DNA of 64,000 bases from an uncultured bacterium (GTDB lineage: Bacteria > Bacillota > Clostridia > Oscillospirales > Acutalibacteraceae): contig CAJMOH010000001.1 of NCBI GenBank assembly GCA_905215055.1, forward strand, positions 34,064 to 98,063, given 5' to 3'. The stretch's first letter is position 1. Each line of letters begins with the position of its first letter. This document shows positions 28,077-37,368 of the stretch, in pieces. Below the pieces are notes generated by a model, which was given only the letters and a program-made list of their open reading frames with translations, made no database searches and had not been told where the DNA came from. The translations under genes and the position numbers were made by a program.

Positions 28077-28559
28077 ATGGAAAAATATGTGCGGGATTCC
28101 TACACCGAGCAGGTGCAGATTTTGTCCCAGTCCAGCTTGAACGGCTACAAGCGGCTGTTTGGCGGGCGGCTGATGGAATGGATCGACGTGGTGGCCGGGG
28201 TAGTGGCCCGGCGGCACTCCAACCGGAACGTGACCACCGCCGCTGTGGACAACCTGCGGTTTGAAGGTCCTGCCTACGGCAACGAGACCATTGTGCTGTG
28301 CGGGTACATCACCTACACAGGACGCACCTCGATGGAGGTGTGCGTGCGCACCTATGTGGAGGAACTGAACGGCCACAAGCGGCTGATTAACGTGGCCTAT
28401 CTGGTGATGGTGGCTCTGGACGAAAACGAGCGCCCTGTGGAGGTCCCCCGGCTGGTTCTCACCACAGAAGAGGAAAAACGCGAATGGGAGGCAGCGGTAG
28501 AACGCACCCGCCTGCGGAAAGAACGGCGAAAGGCGGAAAAAGAAGCCAAGCTTTCCTAA
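28077..28559 (+). CDS. Acyl-CoA thioesterase (hotdog fold, YciA-like)
   Basis: …RLFGGRLMEWIDVVAGVVARRHSNRNVTTAAVDNLRFEGP… hotdog motif, 160 aa, Lys-rich C-terminus. Confidence 0.65.
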   Translation: MEKYVRDSYTEQVQILSQSSLNGYKRLFGGRLMEWIDVVAGVVARRHSNRNVTTAAVDNLRFEGPAYGNETIVLCGYITYTGRTSMEVCVRTYVEELNGHKRLINVAYLVMVALDENERPVEVPRLVLTTEEEKREWEAAVERTRLRKERRKAEKEAKLS

Positions 28560-28576
28560 AAAACCATATGGCATGA

Positions 28577-28612
28577 AAAATCCCCCGGCAGCTTACCAGG
28601 GGATTTTTTATG
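28577..28612. terminator. Bidirectional rho-independent terminator
   Basis: AAAAATCCCC-loop-GGGGATTTTTT. Confidence 0.55.
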
Positions 28613-28624
28613 GCAGCGAGAAAG

Positions 28625-29092
28625 CTACTCCCGCAATTTTTGAAAAAACTCTTGCAGCAGGACCTTCGCCTCGGCCTCAAAGAAGCCCCGGTAGACCTCT
28701 GGGCGATGACTGTAAGGCAGGGAAAACAGGTCGGCGGCCGTCCCGCAGCAGCCTGCCCGTTCATCATCGGCGCCATAAACAACACGGTCCATATGGGCGT
28801 TGATAATGGCCCCTGTACACATGGGACATGGTTCCAGGGTGACGTACAAATCACAGCCGGTGAGCCGCCAGGTTCCCAGCGCCTGGCAGGCCCGGTGAAT
28901 GGCCTCCACCTCGGCGTGGGCCAAGGCGGTGCGGCCCTCCTCCCGGCGGTTGCGGCCCTCCCCGATCACCTGTCCGTCCTTCACCACCACGGCGCCCACG
29001 GGAACCTCTCCCGCGGCGGCGGCTTCTTCGGCCAGGGACAAAGCTCGGAGCATAAACCGCTTTTCTGGCAAAAAGGCGAGAGGCAGCATCAT
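28625..29092 (-). CDS. tadA: tRNA-specific adenosine deaminase
   Basis: HAEVEAI and PCPMCTGAI zinc-binding CDA motifs. ATGA overlap with the upstream CPBP gene. Confidence 0.8.
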   Translation of the reverse strand: MMLPLAFLPEKRFMLRALSLAEEAAAAGEVPVGAVVVKDGQVIGEGRNRREEGRTALAHAEVEAIHRACQALGTWRLTGCDLYVTLEPCPMCTGAIINAHMDRVVYGADDERAGCCGTAADLFSLPYSHRPEVYRGFFEAEAKVLLQEFFQKLRE

Positions 29093-30615
29093 AGCATCAG
29101 AAACATGCTCAGGGTGTAAAGGACCATCAGTCCCAAAACCACCCAGAAGCCCGGCGCCCGGACAATGGCGGAGGCGCTTTCCCCCGCCATTAAAGGCTGG
29201 GAAGGACCGTCATACCGGGGAGAGCGATAGGAGATGAACATGCCCCGCTTGAACAGCGCCAGCAGCAGCAAGGCCGCAAGACCGACCCCCAGGGGAATCA
29301 GCACAATGAGATTGTCCACCAGCACCGCCATGTCTCCAAAGAGGAAACCAGCGTGACTGCCCACCACGGCAATCAGGTTGTTCAGAGCATGAATCCACAC
29401 CGCCAGCCACAGGTTATTTGTTTTGGCGTAGAGGAATCCAAACACCAAGCCCGCGATGAAGGCGAATACCGCGGTGGAAAAGTCCATATGGGCCATGCCA
29501 AAGATCAGCGCGGAGGCCACAATGGAAAAGCCAATGCCGTATTTTCGCAGAGAGGAAAGCACAATGCCGCGGAACACCAGCTCTTCCATAAACGGCACCA
29601 GCAGGGCGGTGACGCCGATTTCCAGCAGAACCGCCGCCAGAGATTCCTCCCCAAAGATCAGGCTCGCAGCGGACTGATAGCCAAAAGCACTGAAGAAATC
29701 GCTGATAAACGCTGCTGGGTAATTGCCCAGCAGCACAATGGCCAAGCCGCCCAGCACACAGAGCACCCCGCCGGAAAAGCCCGTCTTCTCAAATTTTAAG
29801 TAGTCCGAGGGGTCCTCCCGGCGGAAAATCAAATAGGCCACAAAGGGTAATGCGGTGGACAAAGGCGCCAGCACTCCCGCCAGCCACTGATAGCCCAGAC
29901 CGTTGGTGAGAATATTCACTCCCACAGCGGCCAGAAGCATTTGCAAGGGTATCTGCCACACAAAGGACAGGGCCACTTGAGCAAGCGCCAGCAGGCACAT
30001 GCGGTTTACAGCCCGGGACGCCCCCTGCTGCCTGGGATCACGAGGGGGCTTTCCTCCCATGGCGAAGGGCGGCGGGTAAACCGGGAGAGCTCCATACCCG
30101 GCGGGAAAGACTCCTCCGTAGGGAGAACCAACGTTTTGAGGAACGCCCTGCGGTACAGTCTGATACATTCCCTGGGGGAAACTCTGATATGCCCCTTGAG
30201 GCGGTACGCCCTGGGGGGCGTTTTGGTACGCTCCCTGAGACGGCATGCCCTGAGGGGCGTTTTGGTACGCTCCCTGAGGCGGCATGCCCTGGGGAACATT
30301 CTGGTACACTCCCTGAGGCGGCATGCCCTGGGGGGCGTTTTGGTACGCTCCCTGAGACGGCATGCCCTGAGGGGCGTTTTGGTACGCTCCCTGAGGCGGC
30401 ATGCCCTGGGGGACATTCTGGTACGCTCCCTGAGGCGGTACGCCTTGGGGAACGTTTTGGTACGCTCCCTGAGGCGGTACGCCCTGGGGGACATTCTGAT
30501 ACACTCCCTGAGGCGGCATGCCCTGGGGAACGTTTTGGTACGCTCCCTGAGGCGGCATAGGGCCGTTGGAAGGGGGCGGCGGATAGCCGCCGGGCGGATA
30601 AGCGCCATAGTTCAC
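29089..30615 (-). CDS. CPBP-family intramembrane glutamic endopeptidase (CAAX protease-like) with a long N-terminal Pro/Gln/Gly-rich tandem-repeat region
   Basis: C-terminal EELVFRG…FGMAHM…HALNN CPBP motifs. The N-terminal ~160 aa consist of ~12 copies of a 13-aa unit (PQGMPPQGAYQNV). Confidence 0.7.
   Translation of the reverse strand: MNYGAYPPGGYPPPPSNGPMPPQGAYQNVPQGMPPQGVYQNVPQGVPPQGAYQNVPQGVPPQGAYQNVPQGMPPQGAYQNAPQGMPSQGAYQNAPQGMPPQGVYQNVPQGMPPQGAYQNAPQGMPSQGAYQNAPQGVPPQGAYQSFPQGMYQTVPQGVPQNVGSPYGGVFPAGYGALPVYPPPFAMGGKPPRDPRQQGASRAVNRMCLLALAQVALSFVWQIPLQMLLAAVGVNILTNGLGYQWLAGVLAPLSTALPFVAYLIFRREDPSDYLKFEKTGFSGGVLCVLGGLAIVLLGNYPAAFISDFFSAFGYQSAASLIFGEESLAAVLLEIGVTALLVPFMEELVFRGIVLSSLRKYGIGFSIVASALIFGMAHMDFSTAVFAFIAGLVFGFLYAKTNNLWLAVWIHALNNLIAVVGSHAGFLFGDMAVLVDNLIVLIPLGVGLAALLLLALFKRGMFISYRSPRYDGPSQPLMAGESASAIVRAPGFWVVLGLMVLYTLSMFLML
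30130..30600. repeat. Tandem 39-bp coding repeat array (~12 copies) inside the CPBP protease gene
   Basis: Near-identical units such as ccctgaggggcgttttggtacgctccctgaggcggcatg recur head-to-tail. Confidence 0.7.
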
Positions 30616-30654
30616 GGGATCAACCTCCCTTGCGTCATATTTTTCAGTATAGGC

Positions 30655-32547
30655 TTAGAGAAGCTGGCACAGCTTCTGAGAGAAGTCAGAGGGGTCCTCC
30701 AAGGAGATGCCCTCGATGAGCAGCGCCTGATCGTAAAGAACCTCCGCGTAAAGCTTCAACCGCTCCTTGTCAGACTGATACAGTCCTTGCAGCCGCTGGA
30801 AAATGGGATGCTCCCCATTGACCTCCAGCACCCGCTGAGCCTTGATCTTTTCCTGGGCGGGCATGGCGTTGATCACCTTCTCCATTTCGGTGGAGATCAT
30901 GCCGTCGGTGGTGATGCACACGGGATGGCTTTTCAGCTTGCCGGAAACCCGCACGTCCTTCACCTTGTCTCCCAGGGCTTCCTTCATAAACTGGAGCAGA
31001 TCCTTGTTTTCCTCGGCCAGCTCCTTGGTCTTTTCCTTTTCCTCGGTGGACTCCAACTCCAGGTCGTCGGCGGAGATGTTGCGGAATTCCTTGTCGTCGT
31101 ACTTCATCAGCATCTTCAGGGCAAATTCATCCACATTGTCCGTCAGACACAGCATTTCATAGCCCTTGTCCTGCAAGGCCTCCGCCTGGGGCAGACCCAG
31201 CACCCGCTCTACCGTTTCGCCGCAGCCGTAGTAAATGTATTTCTGCTCCGGCTTCATGCGGGAGACATACTCCTTTAAGGAGGTGAGCTTTTTCTCCGCG
31301 GAGGAGGTGAACAGCACCAAGTCCTTCAATTCGTCCTTTTTCGCGCCGTAGCTGTCATACATGCCGTACTTCAGCTGCAGGCCGAAGGCTTTCCAAAACT
31401 GCTCGTACTTCTCCCGGTCGTTGTTCAGCATGGATTGCAGCTCAGAGGCAATCTTCTTTTCCAGACGGCCGGCAATAAGCTTCAGCTGCCGGTCATGCTG
31501 AAGCATTTCCCGGGAAATGTTCAGAGACAAGTCCTGGGAATCCACCAGGCCCTTCACAAAGCTGAAGCAGTCCGGCAGCAGGTCAGCGCACTTGTCCATA
31601 ATCAACACACCGCTGGCGTAGAGCTGCAAGCCCTTCTCGTACTCCCGGGTGTAGTAGTCCATGGGAGCGTGGGAGGGAATGAACAGCAGGGCCGTATAGG
31701 TGGCGGCGCCCTCGGTGGAGGTGCGGATCACCTTCAAGGGATCCTGCCAGTCGTAGAACTTCTCCTTGTAGAAGGCGTTGAGCTCCTCCTCGCCCACCTC
31801 GCTTCTGGACTTTTTCCAGATGGGAGTCATGCTGTTGAGGGTCTCCATTTCGGTGTGGGTTTCGTACTCCGGGTCCTTGCCGTCCACGCCGGTGCCTTCC
31901 TTCACATGGGTGTGGGAAACCTCCATGCGGATGGGATAACGGATATAGTCGGAATACTTCTTTACCAGCTGCTGAACGCGGAACTGGTCCAAAAACTCGC
32001 TGTATCGCTCGTCCTCGGTGTCGTCCTTCAGATGCAGGGTGATGGTGGTTCCCCGGTCCGCTTTTGTCCCGGGGGTGATTTCATACCCCGCCAGGCCCTC
32101 GGATTCCCAGTGCCAGGCCTCGTCTGCGCCAAAAGCCCTGGTGTCCACGGTGACCCGGTCACTGACCATGAAGGCGGAGTAGAACCCCACGCCAAACTGG
32201 CCGATGATGTCCACCTCGTCCTTCTGCTCCGCCTCCTGCTTGAACTGGAGGGAGCCGCTGCGGGCGATAACGCCCAGGTTGTTGTCCAGCTCCTCCTGGG
32301 TCATGCCGATGCCGTTGTCGGTGATGGAGAGAGTGCGGGCCTCCTTGTCCACATCCAGGCGGATGAAGAAGTCCTCTCGGGAAAGGCCGGTGGCGCCGTC
32401 CTCCAGGGTGCGGTAATAGAGCTTGTCAATGGCGTCGCTGGCGTTGGAGATCAGCTCCCGGAGAAAGATCTCCTTGTGGGTGTAGATGGAGTTGATCATC
32501 AAGTCCAGCAGACGCTTGGATTCTGCCTGAAATTCTTTCATTGCCAT
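30655..32547 (-). CDS. htpG: Molecular chaperone HtpG (Hsp90)
   Basis: MAMKEFQAESKRLLDLMINSIYTHKEIFLRELISNASDA N-terminus, GHKL ATPase motifs, 630 aa. Confidence 0.9.
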   Translation of the reverse strand: MAMKEFQAESKRLLDLMINSIYTHKEIFLRELISNASDAIDKLYYRTLEDGATGLSREDFFIRLDVDKEARTLSITDNGIGMTQEELDNNLGVIARSGSLQFKQEAEQKDEVDIIGQFGVGFYSAFMVSDRVTVDTRAFGADEAWHWESEGLAGYEITPGTKADRGTTITLHLKDDTEDERYSEFLDQFRVQQLVKKYSDYIRYPIRMEVSHTHVKEGTGVDGKDPEYETHTEMETLNSMTPIWKKSRSEVGEEELNAFYKEKFYDWQDPLKVIRTSTEGAATYTALLFIPSHAPMDYYTREYEKGLQLYASGVLIMDKCADLLPDCFSFVKGLVDSQDLSLNISREMLQHDRQLKLIAGRLEKKIASELQSMLNNDREKYEQFWKAFGLQLKYGMYDSYGAKKDELKDLVLFTSSAEKKLTSLKEYVSRMKPEQKYIYYGCGETVERVLGLPQAEALQDKGYEMLCLTDNVDEFALKMLMKYDDKEFRNISADDLELESTEEKEKTKELAEENKDLLQFMKEALGDKVKDVRVSGKLKSHPVCITTDGMISTEMEKVINAMPAQEKIKAQRVLEVNGEHPIFQRLQGLYQSDKERLKLYAEVLYDQALLIEGISLEDPSDFSQKLCQLL

Positions 32548-32694
32548 GGTTTCAAATTACTTCCTTTCTGGTTGCACCAGGGGCATGATGCGCTGCGCCT
32601 GCCGCGCAGGCTCTGCCCGGAGATATTTTTCAACTGGGCGCCCGCAAAGGATGCCCAGAGACAAACAAGTTTGTTTTCTTCCCATGGGGGTGGC

Positions 32695-33012
32695 TCAACG
32701 GCCCAGCTCAAAGGGATGCTTGTCGTGCCAGCGGAGGTTGTTCAGCCTCTCTTTTTCCTGGATGGCCGCTTCCATATCGATGCCGTAAAGGTTTGCCAGG
32801 CACAGGACAAAGTACATCACGTCCCACAGCTCCTCGTCTAAGGTGCCTTTGATGGGCTGGCCGGGCTGGCGGAACTTCCCGTGGAAAATGGCCTCGGACA
32901 CCTCGCCCACCTCTTCCACCAGCTTGAGGAAATAGTACATCTCTCTGCCGGGGACAAAATCCTTTTGCTTTAGGTAGTTTTGCAGGTATTTCACCGTGAT
33001 GTTCCCATCCAT
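32695..33012 (-). CDS. MazG-like nucleotide pyrophosphohydrolase
   Basis: EEVGEVSEAI…LDEELWDVMYFVLCLANLYGID: the EExxE…D/E helix pair of the MazG family. Confidence 0.6.
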   Translation of the reverse strand: MDGNITVKYLQNYLKQKDFVPGREMYYFLKLVEEVGEVSEAIFHGKFRQPGQPIKGTLDEELWDVMYFVLCLANLYGIDMEAAIQEKERLNNLRWHDKHPFELGR

Positions 33013-33027
33013 CAGGGCCCGCCTCCT

Positions 33028-33759
33028 TCACAGCTTTACCGCCGCCACCAACAGCATCATGGGCCGGCGCAGCTCGTCCTTCATGCCGGGAAGGTCCAGC
33101 ATCCGCTGGGGCGGCTTCGGCTCCACCACCCGGCGCAGGGCAAAGCCCCCGGTGAGCAGGGTGTCCAGATAGATGGTGAGGGTGCGGTGGTATTTCACCA
33201 CATTCTCTCCAAGAAAGACCGCCTTCCGCTCTCCCTCGTAAAAATAGTTGTCCACGGGGAAGTGGAGGATATTTCCGGCTTCATCGTAATACCAGTCCTG
33301 ACTGCCGTAAGCGGTGAAGATGGGGTGCTCCACAGAAAACACAAAGTCCCCGCCAGGCTTGAGCCAGGAGCGGACCCTCTCCACAAAGGCGGGAAAATCC
33401 TGCAAATAGTGGATGGCCAGGGAGCTGAATACCACGTCGAAGCTTTCCGGCGAAAAGTCCACGTCCTCTATGGCGGCGTGGAGATACTCCACCTGGGGAA
33501 AATGAGTCTTTTCCCGGGCCGTGTCCAGCATTTTCTCCGACAGGTCCACCCCCGTGACATGGGAGGCGCCCCGCTCCGCCGCGTACACGCAGTGCCAGCC
33601 ATAGCCGCAGCCTAGGTCCAGCACCTGTTTGCCGGCAAAATCCGGCAAAATTGTTTGCAGGTCCTCCCACTCCCCAGCTCCGGCCAGCCCCTGCTGGGAG
33701 CGGCTCATCTGGCTGTATTTTTCAAAAAAGGCAGGATCGTCATACTTGTTTTCCTTCAC
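33028..33759 (-). CDS. Class I SAM-dependent methyltransferase
   Basis: VLDLGCGYGWH (motif I) and a DVVFSSLAIHY motif. Confidence 0.75.
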   Translation of the reverse strand: MKENKYDDPAFFEKYSQMSRSQQGLAGAGEWEDLQTILPDFAGKQVLDLGCGYGWHCVYAAERGASHVTGVDLSEKMLDTAREKTHFPQVEYLHAAIEDVDFSPESFDVVFSSLAIHYLQDFPAFVERVRSWLKPGGDFVFSVEHPIFTAYGSQDWYYDEAGNILHFPVDNYFYEGERKAVFLGENVVKYHRTLTIYLDTLLTGGFALRRVVEPKPPQRMLDLPGMKDELRRPMMLLVAAVKL

Positions 33760-33881
33760 GGAGACACCTCAATTCTCCCGCATCACAGGGCGGGGATAAT
33801 CAAAAATAATTGTAATACAAAACCGCCCCTGATGCAAGGGCGGTCCTGGTTTCTTTACAATTTGGAAATATTCTCTTCCGG

Positions 33882-36236
33882 CTACTTCAGCTCGGCGATG
33901 GTGACGCCGCTTTCCCCTTCGCCGTAGGTGCCAAGGCGGAAGCTTTTCACCTGGGCACAGCGCCGCAAATGCTGCTGCACCGCGGCCCGCAGGGCGCCTG
34001 TTCCCTTTCCGTGGATAATGGTCACCTGGGACAAGTGCATCCGAGAAGCCCGGTCCAGGAAGCTGTCCACCTCCATCAAGGCCTCCTCCACCGTTTGGCC
34101 CCGCAGGTCCAGGCTGGAGGCAACCTCTGGAGTGGAGATATTCTTCGTCACGGTGCGGGTGGGATTTTTCTTTTTCATCTGCCGTTTGCTCATCAGACGA
34201 AGGTTGGACAAGGGCACCCGTGTTTTGATAATGCCGGCCTGCACCAGCACCATGCCGTCCTTCGGCTCCTCCAGCACCGTGGCGTCCTTGTCAATATCGT
34301 AGATAAGCACCTCGTCTCCCACCACCAAGGGCCGGGGCAGCACATAGTTGTCGTCCCGCCGCTCCCGCACTGGATCGGAGGAATTTTCCAGCTCCTTCAG
34401 GCCAGAGCGCAGCCGGGCCTTTTGCTCGGCGGAAAGCTGCTTGTTCTTCTGCCGCCGCAGGTCCTCCAACTCGTTTACCAGAGCATCCGCCCGCTGGCGG
34501 GTTTTTTGAACAATTTGGGCGGCCTCCTGCCGGGCGCGGTCAACCTCTTTCTTGAACTGGGACTCCGCCTCTTCCTTCAAACGTTCTGCCTGCTCCGCGC
34601 TCTGTTGGGCCTTGGCCGCGGATTCCCGCAGGCGCCGCAGCTCGTCCTCCATCTTCCGGCGGTCCTCCTCCAGACGGCCCACCACCTGCTCAAAGGCGTT
34701 GCTTTCCCGGCTGACCAGCTCTCTGGCCCGGTCCACAATGACAGTGTCCATGCCCAGCCGCTGGGTGATGGCAAAGGCATTGGACTTGCCCGGCACACCG
34801 ATCAGCAGCCGGTAGGTGGGCCGCAGGGTGGCCACGTCAAACTCGCAGCTGCCGTTTTCCACACCGGGGGTCTGAATGGCGTAGGCCTTCAGCTCGGCGT
34901 AGTGGGTGGTGCAGGCCAGACGGGCCCCCCGCCCCCGCAGCTCCTGAATGATGGACTGAGCCAAGGCCGCGCCCTCCACCGGGTCGGTGCCGGCGCCCAG
35001 CTCGTCCAGCAGGATCAGGCTGCTCGCGTCCGCCACCTGGAAGATGTGGATGATATTCACCATGTGAGAGGAAAAAGTGGAAAGAGACTGCTCAATGCTC
35101 TGCTCATCCCCTATGTCTGCCAGAATGTGCCGGAACACCGAGATCTGGCTGCCCTCCCCGGCGGGGATCATCAGGCCGCACATGGCCATCAGCGTCAGCA
35201 GACCGATGGTTTTCAGAGCGACTGTCTTTCCGCCGGTATTGGGACCCGTGATAATCAGCGTGTCAAAGCTCACGCCCAGGGTGATGTCCGTGGGTACCAC
35301 CTTGTCCTTCTGGATCAGCGGATGCCGGGCAGCATGGAGAACAATTCGTCCATCCTCGCCCACCTGGGGCACCACCGCCTTCATCCGGTATGCCACCTGG
35401 GCCTTGGCGAAGATCAGGTCCAGCTGAACGGCATAGTTGTAGCTTTCAATGATGGAGTCCGCAAAGGAGCCAGCCTCTCCGGAAAGCTCCAGCAAAATGC
35501 GGGAGATCTCCTCCTGCTCGTCAGAGCGCAGGACCCGGATCTCGTTGTTGGCCTCCACTACGCTCATGGGCTCCACGAACACCGTGGCGCCGCTGGCGGA
35601 GGTATCGTGAACCAGGCCCGGCACCTCTCCCCGAAACTCCGCCTTTACCGGCACCACATACCGTCCTCCCCGCTGGGTGACGATGCTTTCTTGCAAATGC
35701 TTTTGATGGGAGGGCGAGCGGATCAGCTTGTCCAGCTGGTCCCGCACCCGCTGAGACGCCGCCCGGATCTTCCGCCGGATGTTTGCCAAAGCGGGAGAGG
35801 CGTTGTCCGCCACCTCTTCCTCGTTGAGAATGCAGGTGAAAATTTTCTCTTCCAGATATTTGTTAGGAGCCAGCACCTCAAACCGGCCGGTGAGAGCGGT
35901 GCGGACGCTTTCGCTTTTGCCCCACCACTGGGTCAGGCCCCGGATGGTCCGCAGGGTGCCGGCAATGTCCAGCAGCTCCCGCAGGCCCAATCCTCCTCCC
36001 GCCTGAGCGCGGCGCAGGGGATTGGTGACGTTTTTCATGCCGTAGAAGGAGGGCGCGCCAAACTTGGCCATCGCCACAAAGGCAGCGTCGGTTTCCTCCA
36101 GCAGCCACCTGGCTTCCGCCGCCGTGAAAACAGGCTCCAGCTTGCGGGCCAGCTCCGCGCCGTCAGCGCTGGAGCATTCTCCCGCCACCATCTCTAAAAT
36201 TTTGTCAAGCTCTAAGGCTTTCGTATGTTTGTCCAT
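33882..36236 (-). CDS. mutS2: Endonuclease MutS2
   Basis: MutS ATPase Walker A GPNTGGKTV and a C-terminal Smr domain (…IIHGKGTGALR…). Start placed at MDKHTKALEL with a GTGAGGA RBS. Confidence 0.9.
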   Translation of the reverse strand: MDKHTKALELDKILEMVAGECSSADGAELARKLEPVFTAAEARWLLEETDAAFVAMAKFGAPSFYGMKNVTNPLRRAQAGGGLGLRELLDIAGTLRTIRGLTQWWGKSESVRTALTGRFEVLAPNKYLEEKIFTCILNEEEVADNASPALANIRRKIRAASQRVRDQLDKLIRSPSHQKHLQESIVTQRGGRYVVPVKAEFRGEVPGLVHDTSASGATVFVEPMSVVEANNEIRVLRSDEQEEISRILLELSGEAGSFADSIIESYNYAVQLDLIFAKAQVAYRMKAVVPQVGEDGRIVLHAARHPLIQKDKVVPTDITLGVSFDTLIITGPNTGGKTVALKTIGLLTLMAMCGLMIPAGEGSQISVFRHILADIGDEQSIEQSLSTFSSHMVNIIHIFQVADASSLILLDELGAGTDPVEGAALAQSIIQELRGRGARLACTTHYAELKAYAIQTPGVENGSCEFDVATLRPTYRLLIGVPGKSNAFAITQRLGMDTVIVDRARELVSRESNAFEQVVGRLEEDRRKMEDELRRLRESAAKAQQSAEQAERLKEEAESQFKKEVDRARQEAAQIVQKTRQRADALVNELEDLRRQKNKQLSAEQKARLRSGLKELENSSDPVRERRDDNYVLPRPLVVGDEVLIYDIDKDATVLEEPKDGMVLVQAGIIKTRVPLSNLRLMSKRQMKKKNPTRTVTKNISTPEVASSLDLRGQTVEEALMEVDSFLDRASRMHLSQVTIIHGKGTGALRAAVQQHLRRCAQVKSFRLGTYGEGESGVTIAELK

Positions 36237-36368
36237 CCTGTGTATCCTCACGTTCACGCTCTGCTGTTTCAGTATTTTGTAAAGTTATATCGCTTTACTT
36301 CATCAAAAAACTTCAGGAAATGCAAGGAGTTTTTCAATTTCTACAAAAAAGTAAAATTACTTTACAGT

Positions 36369-37112
36369 TCACAGCAGACTGTAATAAAAATCTAGGGTTT
36401 TCGGCCGTCTTTGCAAGATGTGAATGGTGTATGCCTCCGCCGCGGCGGAAAGCTCCTGCTGGGCGCCCGGGGAGACAGAAAAGGAGAAAATCCTCTCAAA
36501 ATCCGCGTAGACAATGTGCCGCATGGCCGTCAGCGCCGCCGGGGACAAGGACGCCCAAGGGTCGCCGTTATCGATGAAGCAGTCCTTGCAGTACAGCTCT
36601 CCCCGGTTGATTTTAAAGATCATCCGCTCCGACTCATAAGCGCCGCAATGAGCGCAATAGGCCAAATTGGGCATATACCCCGCCTCGGAAAGCATTCGCA
36701 GCTCCACAATGGCCTTTAGTACCGGCTGAGGCCGGGTCCCTTTGCACAGAAAGTGAAGGGCATTCAGCACCAGGCGCAGGTATTCCCCGGACTCCACTCC
36801 CTCCGGCACCAGCTCTACCGCCAGCTGGCAGAAATACTGGGCCAGAGCCAGGGCTGTCACGTCTTTCCGCAGATCGAAGAACACCTCGATGGGAAAGGCC
36901 TCGTTGATGTTGTATGTATCCCGCCCTTTGGAAAGCTTCAGGCGGGAATAGCAAAGCAGGCCCGTGCCGGCGTGCTTTGGATCCTTCAGGCTTTTCGCGC
37001 GGCGAGCAAAGGCCCGCACCACGCCTTCATCCCTGGTGAGCGCCGTCACCAGCCGGTCGCTCTCCCCCACTGTCTGCTCCTTGATGATCAGTCCCTGGGT
37101 TTGTACCTGCAC
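36369..37112 (-). CDS. recO: DNA repair protein RecO
   Basis: N-terminal OB-fold GLIIKEQTVGESDRLVTALT and a Cys4 zinc motif CAHCG…CKDC. GTG start with a GGGAGAGGTG RBS. The two further upstream codons lack an RBS. Confidence 0.75.
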   Translation of the reverse strand: MQVQTQGLIIKEQTVGESDRLVTALTRDEGVVRAFARRAKSLKDPKHAGTGLLCYSRLKLSKGRDTYNINEAFPIEVFFDLRKDVTALALAQYFCQLAVELVPEGVESGEYLRLVLNALHFLCKGTRPQPVLKAIVELRMLSEAGYMPNLAYCAHCGAYESERMIFKINRGELYCKDCFIDNGDPWASLSPAALTAMRHIVYADFERIFSFSVSPGAQQELSAAAEAYTIHILQRRPKTLDFYYSLL

Positions 37113-37227
37113 CCTGCACCTCTCCCGCAACACTGTTTTCCAGCTGGTTCTTCAGCCGCGTATAGTTGATATAGTCCTGCACCCTGCCTGTCCGGACAAA
37201 GCTTTCCCAAGCCTGTTTCACATCCAC
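37027..37227 (-). CDS. yqzL: YqzL-like small protein
   Basis: (M)DVKQAWESFVRTGRVQDYINYTRLK matches the YqzL W..F..TG…Y..Y core. Its position between era and recO is as in Bacillus. GTG start with a GGGGGA RBS. The 3' ~86 nt overlap recO in another frame. Confidence 0.4.
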   Translation of the reverse strand: MDVKQAWESFVRTGRVQDYINYTRLKNQLENSVAGEVQGAGTNPGTDHQGADSGGERPAGDGAHQG

Positions 37228-37368
37228 AAAGGTTTCCCCCTTTCGGAAGGGAGCTGCTCCCCTTCTCTAAAAAGAGTATTTGCGGATCTTCCCGGACTAT
37301 GACAGGAAAAGATTTGTTTGTTCCACAAATTCCGCCACGTTTCGCGGCCTGTTTGTGCTAGTGAGGGC

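Noticed and set aside
30130-30600. Regular 39-bp repeats; considered a CRISPR array or satellite.
   Set aside because: The repeats are in-frame within a CPBP protease gene and have no spacers, so they are a coding tandem repeat.
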